A DNA stretch of 63,972 bases, filler included, from Reclinomonas americana ATCC 50394 (Eukaryota), in the NCBI GenBank assembly GCA_048213135.1. It is 21 parts of 21 records of this genome, joined end to end, with 100 filler letters (N's around TTAATTAATTAA, not from the genome) between each part and the next. Parts side by side here need not be neighbours in the genome. Positions count along the whole stretch, not along the records: positions 20,282 to 26,159 come from AFZH01021339.1; positions 26,260 to 28,851 come from AFZH01021340.1; positions 28,952 to 31,438 come from AFZH01021341.1; positions 31,539 to 33,883 come from AFZH01021342.1; positions 33,984 to 36,883 come from AFZH01021343.1; positions 36,984 to 46,314 come from AFZH01021344.1; 15 more parts are not named here. One strand, given 5' to 3'. A program made the position numbers and the translations under genes. The notes below the pieces were generated by a model. That model had not been told where the DNA came from and made no database searches. It saw only the letters and a program-made list of their open reading frames with translations. Shown here piece by piece: positions 25,701 to 37,000 of this stretch (its first letter is position 1; the number at the start of each line of letters is the position of its first letter).

Positions 25701-25962
25701 CCGATTTGTGAGGGCCCTGTTTACCGGGAGGTGCCGTACGGAACCGTGACCGGTGTGTCGCGGTACCGCCACTCGCTGGGGATACTGGCCGTGTACCTTC
25801 AGCAGTTCATTGACGTCGACATGCGTGATTCTCGCAGCGCGAGCTGCGACCAGTGGAGAAGGACAAGGACGACTGCTACGACGCGGTGATGGAACGCCCA
25901 CTACCTGACGTGCTCGGTCTGCCGCTGAGCTCGAGGATCGACCACAACAAAAAGATGGTGCC

Positions 25963-26910
25963 GTGCACGGATCTGATGAAGTGGTGTATTACGTCGGCCA
26001 GGGTGCCGAGCGCGTGGAGATCACGGAGAGCTCCAAGCTGTTCAAGACGATCAAAAAGAACAACCAACAGAAGATCAAGGACTCAGAGACTCAGGTGTGC
26101 ACAGCGAGGCAGTCTTCTACACCGAGAAAGTACCGCAGAATTTGTTGGCAGCAGGAGAANNNNNNNNNNNNNNNNNNNNNNNNNNNNNNNNNNNNNNNNN
26201 NNNTTAATTAATTAANNNNNNNNNNNNNNNNNNNNNNNNNNNNNNNNNNNNNNNNNNNNCGGGCGGACTATGCGATGTTCGCTTTCCGCTGTGCCGGTGG
26301 CAACAAGGCTCAAGCAAATAACCCCCCACCCGCAGCAGGTGCGCCGCAGCCTCAGGGCAACTAGATCCATCGCGTCGCTACTGCAGCACCCAGCTTCAAC
26401 GAGTTCAGCGTCGACGTCTGCGTACGGCTGCTGATAACAAAGCGCCACGAAATCCTTTTGAGGCCAACACGCGTTTGATTGGCTTTGTCTCCTGAAAGGA
26501 AAGATGACTTTTGGAGAAGATTTATCTATGTGTTTTATATTGTTGGTGTGCCAATGGTCATCGTCGGCAAGGGATTTGTGGTCATTTGTCGCTGCGCATT
26601 ATTGGAATGTGGTGAATGAAGTGTTTTGTTTGTTTTTTTGTTTAGCTGGAAGAAGCAGAAGTACACGGGTCACTGCCTCGACGTGTCTGGAGAGGAGAAG
26701 GCCAGTGGTTACTTCTTCAAGCGCGCGACTGGAGTGTCTGCAAAGGCGCTCAAGACGGCCATCCAAGTGCGCACCGACACACTGCCGACTGCTGCCAGAG
26801 TGCATGCGTACAGGCCTGCGGTCTCCAAGTACTGCCGACTGTGTGGTCTTCAACAGTCGGAGACGCCTATGCACGTCCTCAACAGCCGCACCGACGTTCA
26901 GTCGATTGTC
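25963..26910 (+). mobile_element. Remnant of an R2/NeSL-type (RLE clade) non-LTR retrotransposon: post-RT linker and zinc knuckle
   Basis: SKLFKTIKKNNQQKIKDS ... WKKQKYTGH...ASGYFF...ALKTAIQVRTDTLPT...CRLCG...ETPMHVLNSR matches the W..G..S....A..R...LPT..CR.CG..ET..H.L..C signature, with the final Cys changed to Arg. No RT or endonuclease domain is visible. Confidence 0.6.
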
Positions 26911-26979
26911 AGTGTCGCGAAATCGTCGACCGATGTGCCTTCTGTATGCTCAAACAGTACCACGTTGCACGTAAATCGT

Positions 26980-28851
26980 TCACTTTTTGCCCCTCGCTGA
27001 CTCACGTGGCGCAGCTGCTGTCGCGGGCTTGCGCCGAGCGGCAACAGCAGCACGTCGAGCACTGGAACGTGCACGGGCGTCCATCGCCGTATCCACAGGA
27101 ACCTGGCCCCACGCACCACCGCCGGCATGCCACGCATACAGTTCGTTGTCTTTGCGTGACTCCACCCAGTGCCGAAAGCCGATGCTCTTGGCCGCAGTGC
27201 CGCCTTGCGGAGCTCTTGAATCGTCTTTCGGCGCCTCCACGTCGTCATCCACCTCCTCCTCCTCCTCCACCACCTCATCCACCTTCCTCTCTCCATCCAC
27301 CTCTCGATCTTCGCTCTCCTTCTCCTCTTTGTCCTCTGCGCACGCAGCCACCTCGAGCTCGTCACCGCCGCCAACAGAGGCCGTGACGCTGTCACTCGCG
27401 CTCGACCGAGTCGCGAGTAGGTGGGTGTGCGAATGAGGAGCCGCCGCGCTTGCACTCGCCATTGATTCGTGGCTGTGGCGACTAGGACGTTGTTGCTGTC
27501 GCCGCGGTCGCAGACGTGCGAGGATCAACGCCTCCTCACCAGCAGTCGTTGAATTCCCGCAGTCGTCATCGTCGGCGTCGGGATTCTCCACGCCCCACGG
27601 CAGTGGGCCCCAGTCTTTCACCAGTACATCGAACTGAAAGCGCCGACCATCCAGTCGATTGTAGCGGTCGTGGAGGAAAAATCACCATCTTCTCCGGTGT
27701 AGCGGTGCTGTGCACACACATTTCACGCGCACGAATGCAGTAAGCAAGCAGAATCACACATGGCCACGGCAGATACAGTCGCGGCAACAAGGGAATTACC
27801 TTGATGGCGAAGCACCGATTACTGCCACTGCGCTTGCCAGCCACACGATGCACCGAGCATTCTCGGCACATGTGCCGGAACTGCGCAAAGCTGGAGGGGA
27901 ACAACACTTTCACGTCGTCGATGAGCACAGCATTCGCTAGGCGGTACCTGTGTCGCACGCGCAGAAGTACGTGAGACAACATGCGAAACATTCATCCTCG
28001 TCATCGACAACAGCACGACGCACACAAAGCAGCGTGTCAGTGGATCAAAGCGCGCCTCGCCTGCATCGTCGTACACTGGAATGTACGGACGGTACGCCAC
28101 CATGTACCGCTCGCGCTCGAGTGGCTCGGAGGCCCGCACGTGACGCCGTCGGCCAGTGTAAAACCCCTCGATCCGGCAGTGCAGCACCGGGAGACTCGCG
28201 GAGCCCACTGTCTCCTGCAGAGCTGACGGAGCGTCCTTGCACAACAGGCCGACCGACGCACCAGCGTTGATAAGACCGTGCTTGCCGAACCGGATGCGAC
28301 TGAACCGGGCCATCTGCAGCTTGCTGTGAACATTACAACGTAAGCAGATGGCGAGTCATCATGCACAACGAGCACAGCCACGTGCACGCACCGGCCGTCA
28401 CCAAAAAAGTATTCTCGGTCTGCCGCAACCGAAAACTTGATGTTCTCTTCTGGCACACCAGACGTGCTGCTCAGTTGCCGCAGTTGGTAGTCGGCCAGAC
28501 GCAACACCTTGTTTCGGTTCTGCCACTCAAACTTCGTTGACCGAACTGCCGGCGATCCGTCGGCGGCGGTCAGCGTTGCGAATACCGGCATCGTGCCCTC
28601 GCGTCGTTTGAGCCAGCAGGCAAACGCTGGGTTGTGTCGGATAGCCGCAAATTGAGCCCCGACAGTCACACCGTCAACACAGACGCCTCGAGCAAACAAG
28701 TCCACAAGATCGCCCGTTACATGGCGCTCCAGCACGGCAACATATTGGTTCTGGTGATTGCTCTGCTTCAAGTCGCGACGCTCCTCACTGTGCACACCGC
28801 CGACACGCTTGTTATCATGCGTACCCCAACAGTACAGCATCCAATGAGCCC
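26980..28851 (-). mobile_element. 3' half of an intron-containing CACTA/Plavaka-like transposase with one frameshift
   Basis: Three GT-AG introns join ...KQSNHQN..., RIRFGKHGLINAGASV...HCRIEGFY...DPLTRCFV|YRL...FAQFRHMCRECSV...FAIK|HRYTGEDGDF(F)LHDRY, then an acidic tail. A one-base shift is needed at the A-run 27677-27681. Confidence 0.45.
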
Positions 28852-28952
28852 NNNNNNNNNNNNNNNNNNNNNNNNNNNNNNNNNNNNNNNNNNNNTTAAT
28901 TAATTAANNNNNNNNNNNNNNNNNNNNNNNNNNNNNNNNNNNNNNNNNNNNG

Positions 28953-31649
28953 GGTGCAAATCGGCGGAAAGCCTCCTCCAGCAGCGTCTGGCGATTGAAT
29001 GTGTATTCGCGCTGCGCAACGGAGGAGCAGAGTGAGCCGAAAAGGGGGGTAAAGAGGAGCACACAGAGAATTACGAACTGCATCGGAGCGCTGCCGACCG
29101 CGGTACTGGCGCAGCTTGGTCTCATACTCACGCTTCTTTTCCTCAAACGGCGAGTTCTTGCCTGCACGATGCCGTGTACAAGTTAGTTACAGAGTGACAG
29201 GAAAGGATGTCTAACTCTCGACTTCCTGAAGCACACACGTACACTTCTCTCCCGTCTTTCCTCTCGCCAGTTCTCGTTTTCTCGTTCTTGTCTCCTTCCT
29301 ATCTTTCTCACACACACACACACTCGTCTCTGCACTCCCTCCCCTCTAATTCTCTTCTCACTCACCTTCCCCTTTGTCACTCTCCCCTCCCGCTCTGTTT
29401 CTCTCTCCTCACCTTTATTTCTTCTCTCCCACACTCTCGCTCACCCATCTCTATCCTCCTTCTCGTCCCTGCACTCCTTCCTCTTTAATTCTCTTCTCAC
29501 TCACCCACCTCTTTGTCACTCTCCCCTTCCTCTTTCTATTTCTCACTCCTCACCTTCGCTTCTATCTCCTTGCTGTCATTTATACTCTCTCCCCTTCCGC
29601 TCGCACTCTCTTCTCGTCACCTTTATTTCTTCTCTCTTCTCTTCTCCTCACCTTCATTTCTTTCTCCTCACTTTCATTTCTTCTCTTCTCTCTCCTTCCT
29701 CTCTCTCTGCTTCCTCTCTCCTTCGTCACTCTCCTCCCTCTCTCACTCCTCTCATTCATCTCCCTTCCCTCCTCTTCCTCCTCTTCTTCTGCCCCTTCTC
29801 CCTTTTCTCTCCCCCTTCCCCCCCTCTTCCCCCTTCCACGCTTACGCAACCCAGCGACACCACAAAGGTGAACGGCGATGCCTCGATCGAGACACCAAAC
29901 AATTGTACATCGACCAGATACCGATCGTGGCACGAGAGGTTTCCGAAGATCTCAAAAATGCCATTATTGCGCGGCTTGACGCCCGCCGAATCGCCCTCAG
30001 CCAGCGGACCCGCCGACCGCGTCAGCTTCACCGTCACCAGCGACGGATCAATGGCCTCGACCCAGTCCTGGAAGAACATGTCGCGCACCTTGATGTGGAA
30101 CGCGAACTTGCCGGCACCAATCTGCTTCCACGAACCCGCCGGATCGGCCACCGCCTGCATCACGTACGTCGTGGCGGCGCATGGTCCGGGCTCTGTGTAC
30201 AGGGGTGAGCGGGGAGGAGGAGGAATGGAGGAGGAGGTGGACAACAAGAGGACAACGTACCAAGGAGAGCCTTCAAAAACGACGCAATCGAGCGCGTGCC
30301 CTGCGGCAACACTGGCCTCTCAAACGCCTTTTGCAGCGGCACCGTCTCGAATGCATTGTCGTCCAATCTCAGCTCGCGCAGCTGTGTTGAGCGGATCTCG
30401 CTGAAACTCTCCGGGATGGAGCGGATGAGGTTCTTGTGCATGCGGAGGTACTCCAGCGACGGCATGACGGCGATTTCCTCCGGGATTTCACTGCGCGCAT
30501 GGGGGGAGAAGGTCAGCAAGAGGGGGAAGGAAATGGACAAGAGTGGGAAAGGGAGCGAGAAGGAGAGAGTGACGGGAAGGAGGAGAGTAGGGGCAGAGGG
30601 GAACAGAATGACGCGTGACAGCGAAAGATGTCACAATTGGAAACACAGGTGAGCAGCGGAGAATGCGCATGGGGAGAGCGAGGAACAGAGATGATATAGC
30701 CCCTCAACACAGAGAAAATGATTGTGTGCTATCACAGCAACCACTTTCCATTGTTATAATTCTCTCACTCAAAACACAACACCGAGAGAGACGTACACTC
30801 GCACCACACGCACAGAGACAACCAGATGCAGAGCAACACCCACAGGCTGTTCTTCTCTGCCTTGCCTCACTCACAGAGGGCTGAGAGAATAAAGAGAAAC
30901 CCAAACACCGCTCACTCTCTTCTCTCGGACAAGTATTCATCCTACAGTGTACGACATGCTCGGTATCCTCCCTCCACACAGTGAGAGGCACACAAGCACG
31001 CACCGCTCACGTCCTACAATTACCGTGTGCGCACTGCTCCACATCCTCCCTCCACACCATGTCTCTCACTCACACAAACTCAAAGGCATAGAGAGGAGAG
31101 AACGCAAACACCGCTCTCGGGCAATCCTGCAACACATACGCTTCTTGCTCCACAATCTTCATCACAGAATTCACAAACAAAGACGAGAGAGAAAGGAGAG
31201 CAAGGAGAGAGACGCACACACAAACACCACTCCTGCACTGTCTTCTCTCTGACAATAATCACACCTTGTCATCATCTGCCCTCCCTTCACCCCATCTCTG
31301 CCTCTCCCTCCCCCTTCTCTCTCCCTCCCTCTCTCTCTCCTCGCTGTACGGCCAAGGCGGATGTACGGTACAGCAGCACTCCCTCCCTCTAACTTCTCTT
31401 CTCACTCACCTTCCCTTCGTCTACTCTCCCTCCCGCTCNNNNNNNNNNNNNNNNNNNNNNNNNNNNNNNNNNNNNNNNNNNNTTAATTAATTAANNNNNN
31501 NNNNNNNNNNNNNNNNNNNNNNNNNNNNNNNNNNNNNNCTCTACTACTACTAACTAACTACTACCTACCTACTCTACTCTCCTCCTCCTCCCTCCCTACC
31601 CTCCTCCTCCTCCTCCTCCTCCTCCTCCTCCTCCTCCTCCTCTCTCCTC

Positions 31650-31701
<52 letters not shown>

Positions 31702-32637
31702 CCTTCCCCTTTCCCCTTCCCCTTCCCCCCTTCCCTTCCCCTTCCCCCCTTCCCTTCCCCTTCCCCTGCCTCACCGAATGCGATTGCTGGACACATCAAA
31801 CGTCCTCAACATCTTCAACCCCGAGATCCCCGTCGGCAGACTCGGAATCGCATTGTTGGCCAGCGACAACGACGTGAGCTGCGTGCACTGCAGCACACAC
31901 GGCGGAAACGCCTCCAGCTCATTCATCGACAAATCCAACACCGTCAGTCCCACCGGCAGCAACGTCAACGTCTTGACCTTGTTCCGCGAGAAATCCATGA
32001 ACTGCAGAGCCTCCAGCTGCGAAACCCACTCGGGAATGTCCTTGATGAAGTTGTCCGCCATGCCTATTCCAAATGCTCGTCAGCGACGTCTCCTTGGTGA
32101 GATGCGCTTACACATGCAGGTACGCAACAGAGCGACATTACAGTGCGATTGTTGCCACATCGGCTGAGCCGACTTGGCACCTGTGTGTGTGTGTGCACCA
32201 GTGAGGCAATCGAACATCTCTGTCTGCGTGTGTTTGTGAGGAACGCACCTGCTCAAGGAACTCGCCCGACAAGTCCACTGTGTGTGTGTGTTGTGACAAG
32301 ACACAGGGGGGAGTGTGAGAAGACGCGTGACGCCATGACACAAACAGACACTCTTGTTTTTTTCGCTCTCTCTCACACACACTCTGTGACGCACACGAAC
32401 TCGGAGGAGAAGAGGAGAGAATCGGAGCAGCTCCGAGAGAGGGTGGGCGGGGCTGCGGAGAGTTGACAGAAATAACGAAATCGCCAACGAAAAGCACGCG
32501 ACATCACGCGCAACAGAACCCTCACTCGCGCACACGCACACACGCAAAGAGGCAAGGAGAGAAAGGCGTGCATGCTCCTCATAGAGTGCGTGAGCAACAG
32601 GGAGGGGGCACTGACCGACGCTCGCCGAGCAGCCCAT
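28953..32637 (-). CDS. N-myristoylated LRR + filamin-Ig protein running into a pre-HECT segment (probable HECT E3 ligase); 3' end lost at the gap
   Basis: Exon 1 is MGCSASV. LRRs include LQFMDFSRNKV, LTVLDLSMNEL, LTSLSLANNAI, LEYLRMHKNLI and LRELRLDDNAF. The filamin repeat reads FHIKVRD...KPRNNGIFEI...YLVDVQLFGVSIEASPFTFVV. It then reads PFEEKKREY...FNRQTLLEEAF, typical of the region just before a HECT domain. Confidence 0.7.
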
Positions 32638-33111
32638 CGTCGATTTCGTGCTCCGTTCCGTCAATCGGAGCTAGAACGTCGACGTGATGCGATGTGCATT
32701 CTCTCTTTCTCAGTGAGCGAGACTGACCAGGTAGACCAGAAAGAAAGCCAGCGAGAGGCGAAACAAGAGAGAATAACAGGATTTTTTTGGTGGAGTTGCG
32801 AAGGTGACGTTTCGCGTTTTCGCTTCCGAGGCCTCTCGTGAGCATGAACAGCGGTGTGGCGTCGCTTGTGTTGCTGTACTTTTATTGTGTCCAAGCGACT
32901 GCGCACAGCGAACGACGCGCACTCGCGAAGCACACATCGACGTCGCATATTTCCACTCGCCGCGACCCGGGAAAAAAGGAACAAAGCAAGCAGACAACCC
33001 TGCACACATCACAGCACGCATTCACAGCCGCCGCAATCGCCGTTGCTGCTAGAGAGACAACAAAGTTACATGTCCGCCATGTTGTCCGCCGCACTCATTT
33101 CAATACAACAA

Positions 33112-33993
33112 ATGTCGTTCACAGAGCGCTCGGCGCGGCGCCCCAGCGCCGCCACGCTCATCCTCACCTCGTCGCCCGACAGCAGCGCCGCCGGCAGCTC
33201 ACCCTCCGTCCGCGCCGCCGTCGCCACCATCTTTGCCGCATGTGACTCACCCTCCACTCCACCCTCCGGCTCCTCTTCCTCCTCCTCACGCACACTCGGC
33301 GGCAGCCGCTGGCATCGCCGCTCCATGCGCACCGCACTCAGTCCATCCATGATCGCCGCCGGCATTGCAGCCGAGGCGGCGCTCATGGCAGAGGAGTCGT
33401 CATCGTTGTCCTCAGTAGCTGCGGCGTCATCATCGCCAATGCTGCCAAAGGACGAGGACGCGCCACGTTTGTTTGGCTCCAGCGGCGGCGGAGTGGAAAC
33501 GTCGCCACAAGCGTCGCCTCAAGGCTCGCCCGTGCTGACTGCTGCATCAGCTGCTTCCGCCGTCTCTGGTGCTGCTGCTGGTGCGCCGGGGAGCCCCGGA
33601 GATGAGCAGGCCATTGGTGCATCACCGCGTACGCAGAGAGCGCATTGGTCGTCGAGAGGTGAGATTCGCGCGCGCTGACACAAAAAGCAACAAGTGTTGT
33701 CTGGGTGTTGACATGGCGGGACTCTAACACACACGCACACACATACACACACACACACACTCTCTCTCTCTCACACACATACACACTCTCTCTCTCTCTC
33801 TCTCGCTCTTCCTCATACGCACACACACACACTCTTTCTCTCTCACTCTCACACTCTCACACGCACTCTCTCTCTCACACTGGNNNNNNNNNNNNNNNNN
33901 NNNNNNNNNNNNNNNNNNNNNNNNNNNTTAATTAATTAANNNNNNNNNNNNNNNNNNNNNNNNNNNNNNNNNNNNNNNNNNNNTCTCTCGTCC

Positions 33994-34056
<63 letters not shown>

Positions 34057-37000
34057 ACAAACACGCACCTCTCCGTCCCCCCCCCGCTTTCCTCTCCCTC
34101 GTTCGTAGTCTCGTTCTGCCGTCACTCCGTTTCCGCTCGTGCTTCGCGTCTTGTTCTTTTTTCTCTTCATGCATCTCAACCTTTCTCTCACACGCACTCC
34201 TTTGTCCCTCCCATCATTCCTGCTGTGTGCCTCTCGCTCTCTTCCCTTCTCCCCTTCCCTCTTCCCTCTCTCTTCTCTTTCCTCATCGCCCGTCACAGCG
34301 CATCGACTTGGAACACGCGTTGATCATGCTTCGCGAGGAGCACGACGACCTGCTGGCGGTACGCTACACCGTGCCTTTCCTCTCCCCCTTCTTCACCCGC
34401 TCTCTCCCTCACCCTCGACACCCATGCACTCACAGTCGCTCAACGAGACACGCTCGCAACTGAACAAGGCCTCCACGGAGTTGGAGTTGTCGATGACGCA
34501 TCAGGGCATGCTGGAGAAGTCCGCCAAGGATGCCGAGCACTTGGCCAAGGTCCGCCAGATGCAGCTGGATTCGGCGCGCCAGCGGTTACAGCTGCTGGAT
34601 CGCGAGGTCTCGTCGCTGCAATCGGCACTGGAGGAGGAACGGAAGCACAGCAAGGGTCTGTCGAGTCGTCTGGAGCGGCTGGCCGCCAAGCAGTCAGGTT
34701 GGATTTCCTCGCTCCTTGTTTGCGGCAGTTGCATGTCATCGACTCATCTCGTGTTGCAGCGGCCAAGAGTTCCGCTCAGGAGGCCGAGTCGGCAGCGGAT
34801 GCGAGGGAGCGATTCCGCCGTATGGGTGGTGCGTGTTTGTGTTTTTGTGCACGCAGGAGATGGCCTGCTGCTCATCCGTATGTCTGCAGGTCGCACGGAC
34901 TCGGTTCTCGACGAGTTCCGCTTGAAGGAATCGTCGTTGGCAGAGCTGGAGGAGAAGCTGCGTGTCGCTCGGCAGGAGTTGCACGCCAAGAATGAGAAGC
35001 TGGAGGAGGCGTCGCAGTACGGCCTCGAGCTGGCGCAACAGCTGGACTCGGTACGACAGCAGTTGGTGGACGAGGAGACACAGGTGATGAAGTGGTGCTG
35101 TTTTTGCTGTCGAGGTCTCCAGCTGTCCTGAACTTGTGTGCGATAAACACAGCGTGCGGAGGTGGAGAATGAGGCCACATTGCTGCGTGAGAATGTTCAC
35201 GAGCTGAGCGAGGTTTGTGGTTGTTTCTCTCTCTCCCAATTCTCTTCTTCTCTCGCTCTGTCTCTCGCTCCCTTGTTTCCCGTTGGATTCCTCGTTGAGT
35301 TGTTCGTCTGCTTTCCTCTCCTCTCTCTTTCTTTCCTTCCCCACGTCCCCTTTCGTGTGCTTCCCTCTTCGTTCTTTTGATTCGTTCTGTCCTATCTCTC
35401 CCGCTCTCTTCACTGCCTCACTCCCTTTCTCTGTCCTTCCCTTCCCTTTTTCCTTTCGCCCACTTCCCTTCACCCTCTCTCTCCACTTCGCAGCAACTCG
35501 CCGAGTACAAGACCCACGTCGTGGAGCTCGAAACCGCCAGCGAGACGGTGAACGAGCAGCTGCACGTCGTAGAAAGTCAACTCCACGAAGTGCAGAAGCA
35601 GGTGTTGGCCAAGGAATCAACTGTTGCGTCGACCACATGGCCTCTGGCAGTCCTCTTCTCGACTCACACACACGTGCAACAGTTGGAAGAGATGCGCACC
35701 AAGGCGACCAGCGACAAGGCCAAGATCGAGGAGCTGAACGGCAAGGTGGCCACGTTGCAAGGTTTGTTGGAGGCACGTAACTATCACGATGACCTGTGCC
35801 TGACCCGTCGCTGTGGGCAGGATCCTTGTTGGAGGCAGAAAAGACCATGATCAGCGCCGAAGAGGGTCAGCGGTTACGAAGCGAGATTACGGTGAGCATG
35901 AATGGTTGTAATCGTTTAGCTGCTCTGTCGTTTACAGAATTTCTCTCTCGCAGACGCTGAAGAGTCGCATCGTCGAGCTTGAGCAACTGGTGCAGGAGCT
36001 CCGCGAACAGATCGCCAAGATGCAGCATTCGGCGGCTCCTGCGCCTGCATCACCAGAGACGTTCAAGGTGCCGACTGTGACATTCGACAGGCGTGTACAC
36101 ACGAGAGAAGAGAGAGAGGAGATTGTGTTTCTGTTGTGCTCATGGCCCCGCCACAGCCCGCCGGAAGACGTCGTGCGACTTCAGTTGCCGCCGCCTGTGT
36201 CGTCGGGTATCACTCTCGAGGTGCGGTGGTTTTGTTGTTCTTCGTTGTTTGTACGTCAGTGTCTTACCCCGCCAAAGATTGGTCGCCGCGACATGGCCGT
36301 GGTCGAGGGATGGAATGTGGAGAACAAGTTTGCCAGCGAGACACTGTCTACCATTCGCTGGCTCTTCAACCAGTTCAACATTGACGCCGCTGGTTTCCTC
36401 CAGCTCGAGGAGTTTACGCACGTGCTGCAGAGCACGTATCCGTCGGTGGATGTGGAGACAGCCAAGGCCGTGGCCACGATTGCTGACTTTGACGACGACG
36501 AGGTCGATTGGTGGGATCTGTTGTCGGTGAGCAGTGGCGGAAGATAGTTGACTGGAATCTGATTCTGTTCGAAGGTTTTGCGACGTGGCTTTCCTTCTCT
36601 CCCTCTGCTTTCTTCCAGTCGGCGTTTGTTTTGTGCTCATGTGTCTCTCCCGTTTATTCTGTTTCCAGTTCTTGCCTTCCGACCTTGTCTCAAACTCCTC
36701 ACTTTGCCGCCCATGCCTTTCATTCCTTCCTTCCGTCTCTCTCCCTGTTCCTTCCCCCTGTTCCTTCCCCTTCTCCCCCCTGTTCCTTCCCTTTCTCTTC
36801 CCCCTTCTCCTTTTCCCCTTCTCCTTCCCCCTGGTCCTTCTCTCTGTTCCTTCCCCCTGTTCCTTCCCCCCTGTTCCTTCCCCNNNNNNNNNNNNNNNNN
36901 NNNNNNNNNNNNNNNNNNNNNNNNNNNTTAATTAATTAANNNNNNNNNNNNNNNNNNNNNNNNNNNNNNNNNNNNNNNNNNNNCCCCTTCCCCTTCCCCT

